Assembly: GCA_036397795.1 (NCBI GenBank)
Contig: DASWIF010000043.1
Coordinates: 1 to 53,514 of the forward strand
Direction of reading: 5' to 3'
Origin: Candidatus Saccharimonadales bacterium
GTDB taxonomy: Bacteria > Patescibacteriota > Saccharimonadia > Saccharimonadales > DASWIF01
DNA length: 53,514 bases
The notes beneath the pieces are model-generated. The model did not search any database. It was given only the letters and a program-made list of their open reading frames with translations, and was not told the DNA's origin. Within the stretch, counting starts at the first letter, position 1. Each line of letters begins with the position of its first letter. The position numbers and the translations under genes were made by a program. Of the stretch, positions 45,921 to 53,514 are shown piece after piece.

Positions 45921-47276
45921 TTGATGACATACTTTAATTTCATGGGGAAGCGAATTAAAGCTGGTATCATCGCGGCTTTGCTGGTCTTAGGTCCGGTTGT
46001 GGCCCAAAACGGCGGCTCGACGACCTTGCCGCCACTGTTGCTTATTACTGAGGTTATGACCGGCTCGCTTAGTGATGCTTCGGCAGAGTTTGTGGAACTA
46101 TACAACCCGAGTCATCAGCTAATTGACAATCAACAAACGACACTAAAATTGCAATATTTGTCGGCTACTGGCACTAACTGGCTAACTAAGACGACCCTTG
46201 TTGGCGAGCTGCAACCTAGGGGCCACTACTTGATTGCCACTGATGATCTGGTCGAAAATGCCGATATTTTTACCGGTTTGGGCTTAGCGGCCAGCGGCGG
46301 TCATTTACGCTTGCTGCTGGTATCAGACAGTATTGAGTCGGTTCTGGACGAGCTGGCGTGGGGCGATGCCGCCCAGCCGCAGCAGCTGGCCGCACCGGCG
46401 CCGGACAAAGGACAGAGTCTAAAGCGCCGGCTGAATGAAGATGGCCACTTTATCGATACTAACAACGATTTTGAAGACTTTAGCATCAGCTTGGCGCCGA
46501 GCCCAGAACGGGCCGAGCCGATAGAGCTTGACGAGCCATTGCCAGACTTATCTGGTGGTAGTGGCAATCACACGAGTGGCGGAACAACTCCAAACGCCGG
46601 TTCACCGGCAGCGAAAGGCAAGTTTTTGAAGGTCGAGATTACTGAGCTGATGATTGATCCGGATAAGCCCTTAACCGACGCGGACGATGAGTTCGTGGAA
46701 ATTTATAACCCCAACAAAACGGCGGTGGATTTGGAGGATTACGTCATCGAAACCGGCGCTAAGTTCAGCTATCGGTTCGCGCTGCCGAATATTAGCCTCA
46801 AAGCCGGTCAGTATCTAGCGGTCTATTCCATCGATAGCAACTTAGTGTTGAGCAACAGCACCGGTGCCGCCAGATTGCTGGATCCGGCTGGCAACGTCGT
46901 GTTTGAGACGCCAACCTACACCGACGCCAAGCCAAATATTACATGGGCGAACATCAGCGGACAGTGGCAATGGACAGGATCACCCACTCCCGGGGCGGCA
47001 AACCAACTTTTGCCAACCGGTCCGGAGTCGGCCGGCGCGTCGACCGGCGCTAACGGGCTAAGCCAGGGCAGTGTGTTTGCCGCTGGCGCCGATGGCCGGA
47101 ACGAGTACGAAGATCCGGCCGAAACCGAGGCAGCCATGAACACAACGGTAGTTGCGGGAGTCGGCTCGATGGCGTTACTCTATGCGGGATATGAGTACCG
47201 CTACGACATTGGTAATCGATTCCACCAACTTAGACGCTACCTTGAGTCTAGGCGCCAAGCTCGGCCGAAATCTTAG
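45921..47276 (+). CDS. lamin-tail-domain (LTD) protein with signal peptide and C-terminal TM anchor
   Basis: Two LTD signatures: LLITEVMTGS..AEFVELYNPS and VEITELMIDP...DEFVEIYNPNKTAVDLEDYVI. C-terminal VVAGVGSMALLYAGY. Confidence 0.7.
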   Translation: MMTYFNFMGKRIKAGIIAALLVLGPVVAQNGGSTTLPPLLLITEVMTGSLSDASAEFVELYNPSHQLIDNQQTTLKLQYLSATGTNWLTKTTLVGELQPRGHYLIATDDLVENADIFTGLGLAASGGHLRLLLVSDSIESVLDELAWGDAAQPQQLAAPAPDKGQSLKRRLNEDGHFIDTNNDFEDFSISLAPSPERAEPIELDEPLPDLSGGSGNHTSGGTTPNAGSPAAKGKFLKVEITELMIDPDKPLTDADDEFVEIYNPNKTAVDLEDYVIETGAKFSYRFALPNISLKAGQYLAVYSIDSNLVLSNSTGAARLLDPAGNVVFETPTYTDAKPNITWANISGQWQWTGSPTPGAANQLLPTGPESAGASTGANGLSQGSVFAAGADGRNEYEDPAETEAAMNTTVVAGVGSMALLYAGYEYRYDIGNRFHQLRRYLESRRQARPKS

Positions 47277-47658
47277 AGGCGGCGAGCTAGTCGAGTTGAT
47301 TAGTGATCTCGGTGGCGGCAAGACAACCCTAGTGCGCGGCTTGGCCCGGGGGGCCGGAGCCAAAGACGGTGTAGCCAGCCCGACCTTTACCATTAGCCGG
47401 GTGTATCAAAGCCTGATAGGTAAAATTTATCATTATGATTTCTATCGGCTGAATGAAGCCGGTATCATGGCCGACGAACTGGCGGAGAGCCTGGACGATC
47501 TAGCGGCAGTAACCGTGATTGAGTGGTCGGATATCGTTAAAAATCGGTTGCCTAAAGACCGGCTGAGGGTCAGAATAAGCGTAACCGGCGAAAACGCTCG
47601 GCGGTTTGAGTTGAGCGCCGGAGTTAGACACCAACACTTGTTACGAAACCTGTCATGA
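47191..47658 (+). CDS. tsaE: tRNA t6A37 biosynthesis ATPase TsaE
   Basis: GDLGGGKTTLVRGLARG, SPTFT, HYDFYRL. First ATG that fits the family N-terminus is 47191, which lies inside the preceding gene. Confidence 0.8.
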   Translation: MSTATTLVIDSTNLDATLSLGAKLGRNLRGGELVELISDLGGGKTTLVRGLARGAGAKDGVASPTFTISRVYQSLIGKIYHYDFYRLNEAGIMADELAESLDDLAAVTVIEWSDIVKNRLPKDRLRVRISVTGENARRFELSAGVRHQHLLRNLS

Positions 47659-48047
47659 AAATTTTGACCATTAGAACCGACAAACCCGACGCCGAGATCG
47701 GCTTATTTGAGAGCCTGGAGCAAACAGACTATGAAGTCTGGCGGGCCCATCGGGAGTTGTCGTTGACGATCCTAGCTAAAATTGATGACCTGTTAAAAAG
47801 AAACGGCCTAGAATTTGCCGATATTGACGGAGTTGTAGGCTTTAAGGGACCGGGTTCGTTTACTGGTTTGAGAATTGGCTTAACGGTAGCGAATACCCTG
47901 GCATATGGCTTGAGAATTCCGGTGGTTGGCTCGGACGCTGAGGCCTGGATCCAAGACGGCATAAGACGGTTGTTAGCTGGTGAAAACGAGCAAATCGCCC
48001 TACCCCATTACGGTCGACGGCCGAACATAACAAAGCCGCGAAAATAA
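47655..48047 (+). CDS. tsaB: TsaB-like protein, N-terminal domain only
   Basis: GPGSFTGLRIGLTVANTLAYGLRIPVVG. 130 aa. 4 nt overlap with tsaE. Confidence 0.7.
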   Translation: MKILTIRTDKPDAEIGLFESLEQTDYEVWRAHRELSLTILAKIDDLLKRNGLEFADIDGVVGFKGPGSFTGLRIGLTVANTLAYGLRIPVVGSDAEAWIQDGIRRLLAGENEQIALPHYGRRPNITKPRK

Positions 48048-48242
48048 CAAATTTATTGTTTTTAGCGAGTTAAAAAAGTACAATTTTCTTAGGACAGAGT
48101 TTTTTGAAGAGGTCCGATTCAGTCATTAATTTTTGTATCGTGGCGAAAACCAAAGCTAGCCGGGTTTGATAAATTTTGGGTCAGGAGTCAACTGGCCAGC
48201 CGCGGGTAGCTTTTGCTAGTAGCCAAGAGGAAAGGACAGATA

Positions 48243-49757
48243 ATGGAGCCAATTACGCTCATTGTGGGCGCCGCTGCCCTGGGTGCCGGTTTTGTGGCGT
48301 CCCAATCCGCCACCAAGCGGCGGTTAGGCGACGTTGAGAACAAGGCCAAAAAAGAAGTAGAAAAAGCCAAGGGCGAGGCCAATCAGCTGGTAATCGAGGC
48401 CAAGGACGAGGCCGCAAACCTAAAAGACGAAGCCAGGCAAGAGGCCGACAACCAAAGAAAAGAAGTCAAAAAGATCGAAGAAAAAGTCCGGGAGCGGGAA
48501 GTCGCGCTAGATAAAAAATTGGACGAACTGGATAAACGGGCCGAGGGGCTGCGGGCCAGTGAGACGGAAATTGAAGAGCTGAAAAACGAAATCCGCACGA
48601 TCCGGGAAAAACAACAAGAGAAACTGGAAAAGATTGCCAAATTGAAGAAGAAAGACGCGGTTGATCACCTGCTAAAAATGACCGAGCGGGACGTTAAGGA
48701 AGACTTAAAAGGGTTGATTTCCAAGCTCAAAAATGCCGCCGCTGAAAGCGCCGAAGAACAAGCCCAAATGGTGATTTTAACCGCCATGGAACGACTGGCC
48801 AGCGACGTTACGGCCGAGCGGACGGTGACGGCGGTGAAGCTGGAGGACGAAGAGATGAAGGGCCGCATTATCGGCAAAGAGGGTCGTAACATCCAAGCTT
48901 TTCAGCGAGAAACCGGAGTCGACGTGCTGGTAGATGACACGCCCGGGATGATCATCCTCTCTAGCTTTGACCCGATACGGCGGCAAATTGCCCGTCTGGC
49001 GATTGAAATGCTGCTCAAGGACGGACGGGTCCACCCCGGCCGGATTGAAGAAGTCGTGGAAAAAGCCCGCAAGCAGATCGACAAGGATATTGACATCGCT
49101 GCCGAGGACGCTTGCCGCGAAGTCGGCGTGGTCGGCATCCCCAAGGAACTGATGCGTTATTTGGGCGAGTTGAAGTTCAGAACCAGCTACGGGCAAAACG
49201 TATTGAAACACTCGACGGAAATGGCTCACCTGGCGGGTATGATCGCCGAAGAAATCGGCGCCGACGTGGCCGTCGCTAAAAAAGCCACCCTGCTGCACGA
49301 TATTGGTAAAGCCCTGACCCATAAAGTCGAGGGCAAGCACCATCACATTGGTGGCGAGCTAGCTCGTAAGTACGGTTTGCCGGAAGAGGTCGCCCACGCC
49401 ATTGAGGCCCATCACGATGACATCGATGCTACTACGCCTGAAGCCTTAGTAGTTAGAGTTTGCGACGCTATTTCGGCTGCTCGTCCCGGGGCTCGCAACA
49501 TCAGCGCCGAAAACTTTGCCGAGCGAATGCGCGAGCTGGAAAATGTGGCGACTGGCTTTGCTGGCATCGATAAAGCCTACGCTATAAGTGCCGGTCGAGA
49601 AGTCCGGGTGATTGTCCGGCCGAGGGAGATTGACGACCTGGGTGCGATCAAAGTAGCGCGTGATATTGCGACAAAAATCGAATCGACCATGAACTACCCG
49701 GGCACCGTCAAAGTTAATGTCATTCGGGAGACCCGGGCCGAGGAATACGCCAAGTAA
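48243..49757 (+). CDS. rny: ribonuclease Y
   Basis: N-terminal TM, long coiled coil, KH domain (GRIIGKEGRNIQ), HD domain (LLHDIGKA...HH). The ATG at 48243 is preceded by AGGAAAGGA. Confidence 0.9.
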   Translation: MEPITLIVGAAALGAGFVASQSATKRRLGDVENKAKKEVEKAKGEANQLVIEAKDEAANLKDEARQEADNQRKEVKKIEEKVREREVALDKKLDELDKRAEGLRASETEIEELKNEIRTIREKQQEKLEKIAKLKKKDAVDHLLKMTERDVKEDLKGLISKLKNAAAESAEEQAQMVILTAMERLASDVTAERTVTAVKLEDEEMKGRIIGKEGRNIQAFQRETGVDVLVDDTPGMIILSSFDPIRRQIARLAIEMLLKDGRVHPGRIEEVVEKARKQIDKDIDIAAEDACREVGVVGIPKELMRYLGELKFRTSYGQNVLKHSTEMAHLAGMIAEEIGADVAVAKKATLLHDIGKALTHKVEGKHHHIGGELARKYGLPEEVAHAIEAHHDDIDATTPEALVVRVCDAISAARPGARNISAENFAERMRELENVATGFAGIDKAYAISAGREVRVIVRPREIDDLGAIKVARDIATKIESTMNYPGTVKVNVIRETRAEEYAK

Positions 49758-49787
49758 CGCTCCGCCAATGAAAAATCTGAGCGCCGC

Positions 49788-49814
49788 CCCATCCGCCGTC
49801 GTCCGGCGGATGGG
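49788..49814 (+). terminator. 11 bp perfect hairpin after rny
   Basis: CCCATCCGCCG-tcgtc-CGGCGGATGGG. There is no clear U-tract. Confidence 0.45.
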
Positions 49815-49961
49815 AATGTTCGGGTTCATGGTTTTCATCTTTTGGCAGTACTCGCTAGAATCTGAAATGAATTTAGGTTAGCTCATGGTATTTATCGTAT
49901 CGGAGCAAATTAAGACAAAGGGACGAGCCGAGGCAGGTGCTGTGATAAATAGATGACAGCA

Positions 49962-49970
49962 TGCTATAAT
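49962..49970 (+). promoter_or_regulatory. extended -10 element upstream of tRNA-Pro
   Basis: TGcTATAAT about 70 nt upstream of the tRNA. The -35 is weak (GTGATA). Confidence 0.3.
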
Positions 49971-50041
49971 CACCCCTGTTCGCTTGCGGATAGTACTTGT
50001 AATTTGGTTATTGGTTATTGAGTATTTTAGCGAAGCGACAG

Positions 50042-50118
50042 CGGGGCGTAGCGCAGTTGGCTAGCGCACCGGCTTTGGGAGCCGGGGGTCGGAGGTTCGA
50101 GTCCTCTCGCCCCGACCA
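50042..50118 (+). tRNA. tRNA-Pro (anticodon UGG)
   Basis: CGGGGCG-TA-GCGC-AGTTGGCTA-GCGC-A-CCGGC-TTTGGGA-GCCGG-GGGTC-GGAGG-TTCGAGT-CCTCT-CGCCCCG-A-CCA. Confidence 0.9.
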
Positions 50119-50335
50119 AAAAATGAAAAGGCCGTGCTTTTAGTTACGACCAACTTGTTTGAAACCAGAAAGACCAAAGAGTACGAAGGTGTCGTGACCG
50201 ATGAGGCCATCGCGGGTGCTGACTTAAAAAAACCTGTTTGCTAGCGCGGGCGCGATATCGTCGGCGCCGATATCGACTATAAAACCGTTGGGTATGGGCT
50301 CAATGCTGATGGTCAGCGTCGGCAGCATCACTCTA

Positions 50336-50881
50336 CTAATTGAGGCAGTTATCTTGACCGCTTAAATCACCGAAACATCCGCCGTTAGCATCGAGAATAA
50401 TTACATTTGGCGGATTGTCGCCGTTAGCCTCGATTGTCCGGTTGATTACCGCATTGACCCGGGCGTCGTCGCCGATTCCGGCTGATTCGATTTGACGGCA
50501 GAAACGAATCGTTAAATCCTCACCAACCAATCTAAGCGTAAAGTCCCCACCGCCGTCGCAGCGGGAGCCGGCAGCCAACCTAATAGGGTTAAACAAACCG
50601 GCGGCTTGCTCGTCCTCGGTGGGGCCAGCAAGCAGTTGTTCGAGGGCTGATTGATAGACATCTCCGGCTTGGACTTCACGGCTAACCGACGAGGTAAATT
50701 CAAAATCGTCATAACTCTCTGGTGATTTTGAAAAGTGAACCGTCAGCATCAGGGGGGCGGTTGGTTGGGACGTCACGGATTGGTTGTCGCGTGAGTCGTC
50801 TCGGGTTTGCAGCCAAAAAAATCCGGATATGATTCCCAAAACTACTACTGTTACAATGATAAACCACGTCAGCTTTGTCAT
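50336..50881 (-). CDS. membrane-anchored GerMN-like domain protein
   Basis: N-terminal TM. ALEQLLAGPTEDEQAAGLFNPI resembles the GerMN motif. Confidence 0.45.
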   Translation of the reverse strand: MTKLTWFIIVTVVVLGIISGFFWLQTRDDSRDNQSVTSQPTAPLMLTVHFSKSPESYDDFEFTSSVSREVQAGDVYQSALEQLLAGPTEDEQAAGLFNPIRLAAGSRCDGGGDFTLRLVGEDLTIRFCRQIESAGIGDDARVNAVINRTIEANGDNPPNVIILDANGGCFGDLSGQDNCLN

Positions 50882-50933
50882 CGGCTATTAATTATACGCT
50901 GGAACGGGTATTTGCTGATATGATACTTTTTAG

Positions 50934-51452
50934 GTGTTTCAGCGCAGAATTCAAACATATTTGGGCGAGTTCGTTTACGGCGGAATCGATGGTATTGTCA
51001 CGACTTTTGCGGTTGTGGCGGCAGCCGTCGGCGCCGGACTTGAGAGCTCGGTCATAATTATCTTAGGTCTAGCCAATTTGCTGGCCGACGGTTTTTCAAT
51101 GGGCATCAGCGCCTATCTGGCGCAAAAATCAGAACAGGCGATGGAAACGGACTTACGTTTCAAAAAAGAGCCCATAAAAGTCGGCCTGGCGACGTTCGCC
51201 GCCTTCGTGTTGGTAGGTTTCGTGCCGGTGCTGGTTTATATTTTGGATCTGATCGCTGATCTGGAGCTTGACAATCAGTTTTTATTGTCGTCGATATTAG
51301 CGGCCTTGGCGTTTGGCGGCATTGGCTGGGTTAAAAGTTATATAGCCAAGGAACCAAAATTGTTGGCTATAGCCGAAACCCTCGTTTTAGGCGCCATTGC
51401 GGCCAGCGTGGCCTATTTCGTCGGTAATCTTTTAGAGCGGGTAATCAATTAG
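50934..51452 (+). CDS. VIT1/CCC1-family Fe/Mn transporter (membrane domain only)
   Basis: GTG start. [22 protein letters not shown] and [14 protein letters not shown] motifs. Confidence 0.7.
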   Translation: MFQRRIQTYLGEFVYGGIDGIVTTFAVVAAAVGAGLESSVIIILGLANLLADGFSMGISAYLAQKSEQAMETDLRFKKEPIKVGLATFAAFVLVGFVPVLVYILDLIADLELDNQFLLSSILAALAFGGIGWVKSYIAKEPKLLAIAETLVLGAIAASVAYFVGNLLERVIN

Positions 51453-51548
51453 ACTGCAATGACGGAATCGAGCCGGAAAATCCTTTAAATTAATCGTTAT
51501 GTGGTGTAGTATCTAACGAGTACTTTAAGTAAATAAAACGGAGTAAGC

Positions 51549-51731
51549 ATGCTAAGCACGTTCGGCCTTTTAGGTCTCGGCCCGACAGAACTAATTGTCA
51601 TTCTCGCCATCCTGTTGCTTCTTTTTGGTGGTAAAAAACTGCCCGAACTGTCCAGAAGCCTGGGTCAGTCGATGAAAGAAATGAGAAAAGGGATGTCGGA
51701 AGAAGACAAGGACGAAAAGTCCAACCAGTAG
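51549..51731 (+). CDS. tatA: twin-arginine translocase TatA/E
   Basis: GLGPTELIVILAILLLLFGGKKLPEL plus an amphipathic helix. Confidence 0.85.
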   Translation: MLSTFGLLGLGPTELIVILAILLLLFGGKKLPELSRSLGQSMKEMRKGMSEEDKDEKSNQ

Positions 51732-51768
51732 ACGTTTTAAGCTAAAACAAAAACTTTAAAAAACAAAA

Positions 51769-52767
51769 ATGCAGGAACAAACAGGTACACTAGTCGAACA
51801 TTTAATTGAGTTGCGAAATCGGTTTTTTAAGGTCGGTTTGATTTTTATCGCGGCTGGTATCGGCGCTTATTTGATTAACGCTCAATTGACGACTTGGTTG
51901 ATCAAACCACTAAATGACACCCTGGTTTATACTTCCCCAGCTGGCGGGCTGAATTTTACTCTTAGTCTGATTTTTCTAACCGCTTTTATTATCACCCTGC
52001 CGGTTTTACTCCGGCAAATCGTGTTATTCATCCAACCGGCAATCAGCAACAAAGCCGGCTTTTCCCTGGCCAAGCTGACACTAGTATCATCCATTTTGGC
52101 TTTCTTGGGTGTTTTGTTCGCCTATTTTATCACGTTGCCGCCGGCCTTAAGCTTCTTACGGGGCTTCAGTAGCGATCAGATAGAATCGTTGATTACAACT
52201 GATAACTACTTGTCTTTTGTTAGTATTTATCTCGGCGGTTTTGCGGTGCTGTTCCAAATACCGCTGATAGTTTGGATAATAAACAAATTTACGCCGCTCA
52301 AACCGGTCAAACTAATGAAATATCAACGGCATGTCGTACTTGTTTCATTTGTGGTGGCCGCCATATTAACGCCCACCCCAGATCCGCTTAACCAGTCAGC
52401 GATGGCCGTACCGATGGTTTTGCTGTATCAGACGGGCGTCGGCCTAGTCTGGGTTAATAACCGCAACCGATTTGATAAATTCACGCCGGCCGTTAAATCG
52501 AGCCGAGCCGAGCCCACCATCGCTTTTGACGAGGTCCTGGCCGAAATCAGTGACGGTAACCGGCCCAAACCAAGCGCCCAGACACCACCAGTGAGAACCA
52601 GCGGGCCAGCGATTGATGGTTTTATGCCTCTTGAAACTGACAACCGGCCGACCCGTCAAGAATTTAGCCGGCGACAGGCCGGGCTTCGGGCGTCGATTCG
52701 GAAACCATCGCGTCAACCGACGTCAAGTACGGTGTTTCGCGACCGGATAATGGACATCGTGTGCTGA
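51769..52767 (+). CDS. tatC: twin-arginine translocase TatC with an approximately 90 aa Pro/Arg-rich C-terminal extension
   Basis: LVEHLIELRNR start motif, six TM segments, SFVVAAILTPTPDP. Confidence 0.85.
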   Translation: MQEQTGTLVEHLIELRNRFFKVGLIFIAAGIGAYLINAQLTTWLIKPLNDTLVYTSPAGGLNFTLSLIFLTAFIITLPVLLRQIVLFIQPAISNKAGFSLAKLTLVSSILAFLGVLFAYFITLPPALSFLRGFSSDQIESLITTDNYLSFVSIYLGGFAVLFQIPLIVWIINKFTPLKPVKLMKYQRHVVLVSFVVAAILTPTPDPLNQSAMAVPMVLLYQTGVGLVWVNNRNRFDKFTPAVKSSRAEPTIAFDEVLAEISDGNRPKPSAQTPPVRTSGPAIDGFMPLETDNRPTRQEFSRRQAGLRASIRKPSRQPTSSTVFRDRIMDIVC

Positions 52768-52825
52768 GCTTGACTAGCATAAGTATTTTATGCATACTAC
52801 CACTTAAGCATTAGAGAGACTAAAG

Positions 52826-53035
52826 ATGAGACAAAAAAGACAAAAAAATCTAAAGAAAAATATTTTGCAAGCCAAAATGTCCCGCAAAGAATTTTTGCAA
52901 TACTCCGGCACGGCGTTAGTCGGTATAGCCGGCGTCACTGGAGCGATTGATTCAATCGGCAAATCCTTTGGTAAAAAAGGTGGCGATGATTCTTACGGCT
53001 CATCAGCGTATGGTGGCAAGAAGCGGAACGCCTAA
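52826..53035 (+). CDS. 69 aa protein with a Tat-like (S-R-K-E-F-L) signal and a short Gly/Ser/Tyr/Lys tail
   Basis: MRQKRQKNLKKNILQAKMSRKEFLQYSGTALVGIAGVTGAIDS then IGKSFGKKGGDDSYGSSAYGGKKRNA. Confidence 0.45.
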   Translation: MRQKRQKNLKKNILQAKMSRKEFLQYSGTALVGIAGVTGAIDSIGKSFGKKGGDDSYGSSAYGGKKRNA

Positions 53036-53037
53036 AC

Positions 53038-53514
53038 ATGGCCAGACTACCAACTCCAGGTGGCGACCAAGGACAGTGGGGTGACATTCTCAATGATTTT
53101 TTAAGCCAACAACACAGCGCAGACGGTACTCACGATTTATCCCTTGATGATTTAAGCGACACCAGCGTAGCCGGAGCCAGTTCTGGGCAATTTTTGAGTT
53201 ATAACGGAACCGCTTGGGTACCTGGTACCCCGGCGGGAGCCGGCGATTGGTTAGCCGACGGTAGTGTTACCGCTACCGGTAACTTCAACCTCGGTACTAA
53301 TCGGATTACCAATGTGGCCGAGCCGATCGGCATGCAGGACGCCGCCACCCGAAACTACGTTGACACCAATCTGGTAACCGACCACGGCGCCCTCGGCGGT
53401 CTTAGTGACGACGACCACAGCCAATACCACACCGATGCTCGAGCCGACACTTGGCTAGCGACCAAAGACTCAGACGACGTGGTTGAAGGAGCTACGAACC
53501 TTTATCTCACCACC
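53038..53514 (+). CDS. tail-fibre-like protein, N-terminal part (runs off the window end)
   Basis: Not in the ORF track. ATG at 53038, open for 159 codons to the window end. MARLPTPGGDQGQWGDILNDFL... and NRITNVAEPIGMQDAATRNYVD resemble motifs common in phage tail-fibre and minor tail proteins. Confidence 0.55.
   Translation, partial: MARLPTPGGDQGQWGDILNDFLSQQHSADGTHDLSLDDLSDTSVAGASSGQFLSYNGTAWVPGTPAGAGDWLADGSVTATGNFNLGTNRITNVAEPIGMQDAATRNYVDTNLVTDHGALGGLSDDDHSQYHTDARADTWLATKDSDDVVEGATNLYLTT

Noticed and set aside
48048-48242. 195 nt untranslated region upstream of rny, considered as a structured leader or small RNA (imperfect long-range pairing AAAGCTA...TAGCTTT, CTGGCCAG palindrome)
   Set aside because: The pairings are short and imperfect and I could not recognise any known RNA family by eye. 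Covariance-model scanning would be needed.
50119-50335. Gap of about 215 bp after tRNA-Pro containing a 34-codon minus-strand ORF (50224-50328). Considered as a small gene or an integration remnant.
   Set aside because: There is no SD, no recognisable motif, and no duplication of the tRNA-Pro 3' end beyond a trivial 7-mer. It is left as unexplained spacer.
50882-50933. Possible yybP-ykoY (Mn) riboswitch upstream of the VIT1-family gene
   Set aside because: The intergenic gap is only about 50 nt, too short for that riboswitch, and no conserved core was recognised.
53038-53514. Calling a prophage on the basis of the tail-fibre-like gene
   Set aside because: It is a single gene at the window edge with no integrase, capsid, terminase or att repeat visible. 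It is reported only as a lead.

Overview
This 53.5 kb window is a compact, mostly housekeeping stretch of bacterial chromosome using the standard genetic code. The gene content suggests a reduced Patescibacteria/CPR (Saccharibacteria-like) genome: a type IV pilus, ComEC, and short HrcA and TsaB. That assignment is inference only.

Genes recognised in order:
- a secreted protein cut by the window edge, then an initiator-like tRNA-Met
- a four-gene minus-strand redox operon (Cys-rich exoprotein, CcdA, ATP-cone protein, FAD disulfide reductase)
- a P-type cation ATPase, pcm, and a tRNA(CAU) next to tilS
- ftsH, murJ, lepA, gmk
- a CIRCE-controlled hrcA-grpE-orf61-dnaK-(four-helix-bundle gene)-dnaJ operon
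- an AT-rich gene for a DUF1704/MATCAP-like metallopeptidase, followed by a decayed second dnaJ 3' end
- four overlapping genes: ATP-grasp ligase, RimB-like retropepsin, RimK, DUF192
- an ArsR-like regulator bracketed by two copies of a perfect 30 bp palindrome core
- tRNA-Lys with an 18 bp duplication of its 3' end
- comEC, yebC, ruvCAB
- a type IV pilus locus (pilMNO, three minor pilins, pilA, pilC, pilB)
- recA-recX, a lamin-tail-domain protein, tsaE, tsaB, rny, tRNA-Pro
- a VIT1-family gene, then tatA-tatC followed by a tiny protein with a Tat-like signal and a tail-fibre-like gene cut by the window end

No CRISPR array, rRNA, transposase or integrase was seen. The best candidate for a new system is the ligase/peptidase cluster at 23.3-27.9 kb, which looks like a module that adds and removes protein C-terminal tails. 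All functional calls come from motifs read by eye; no searches were run.
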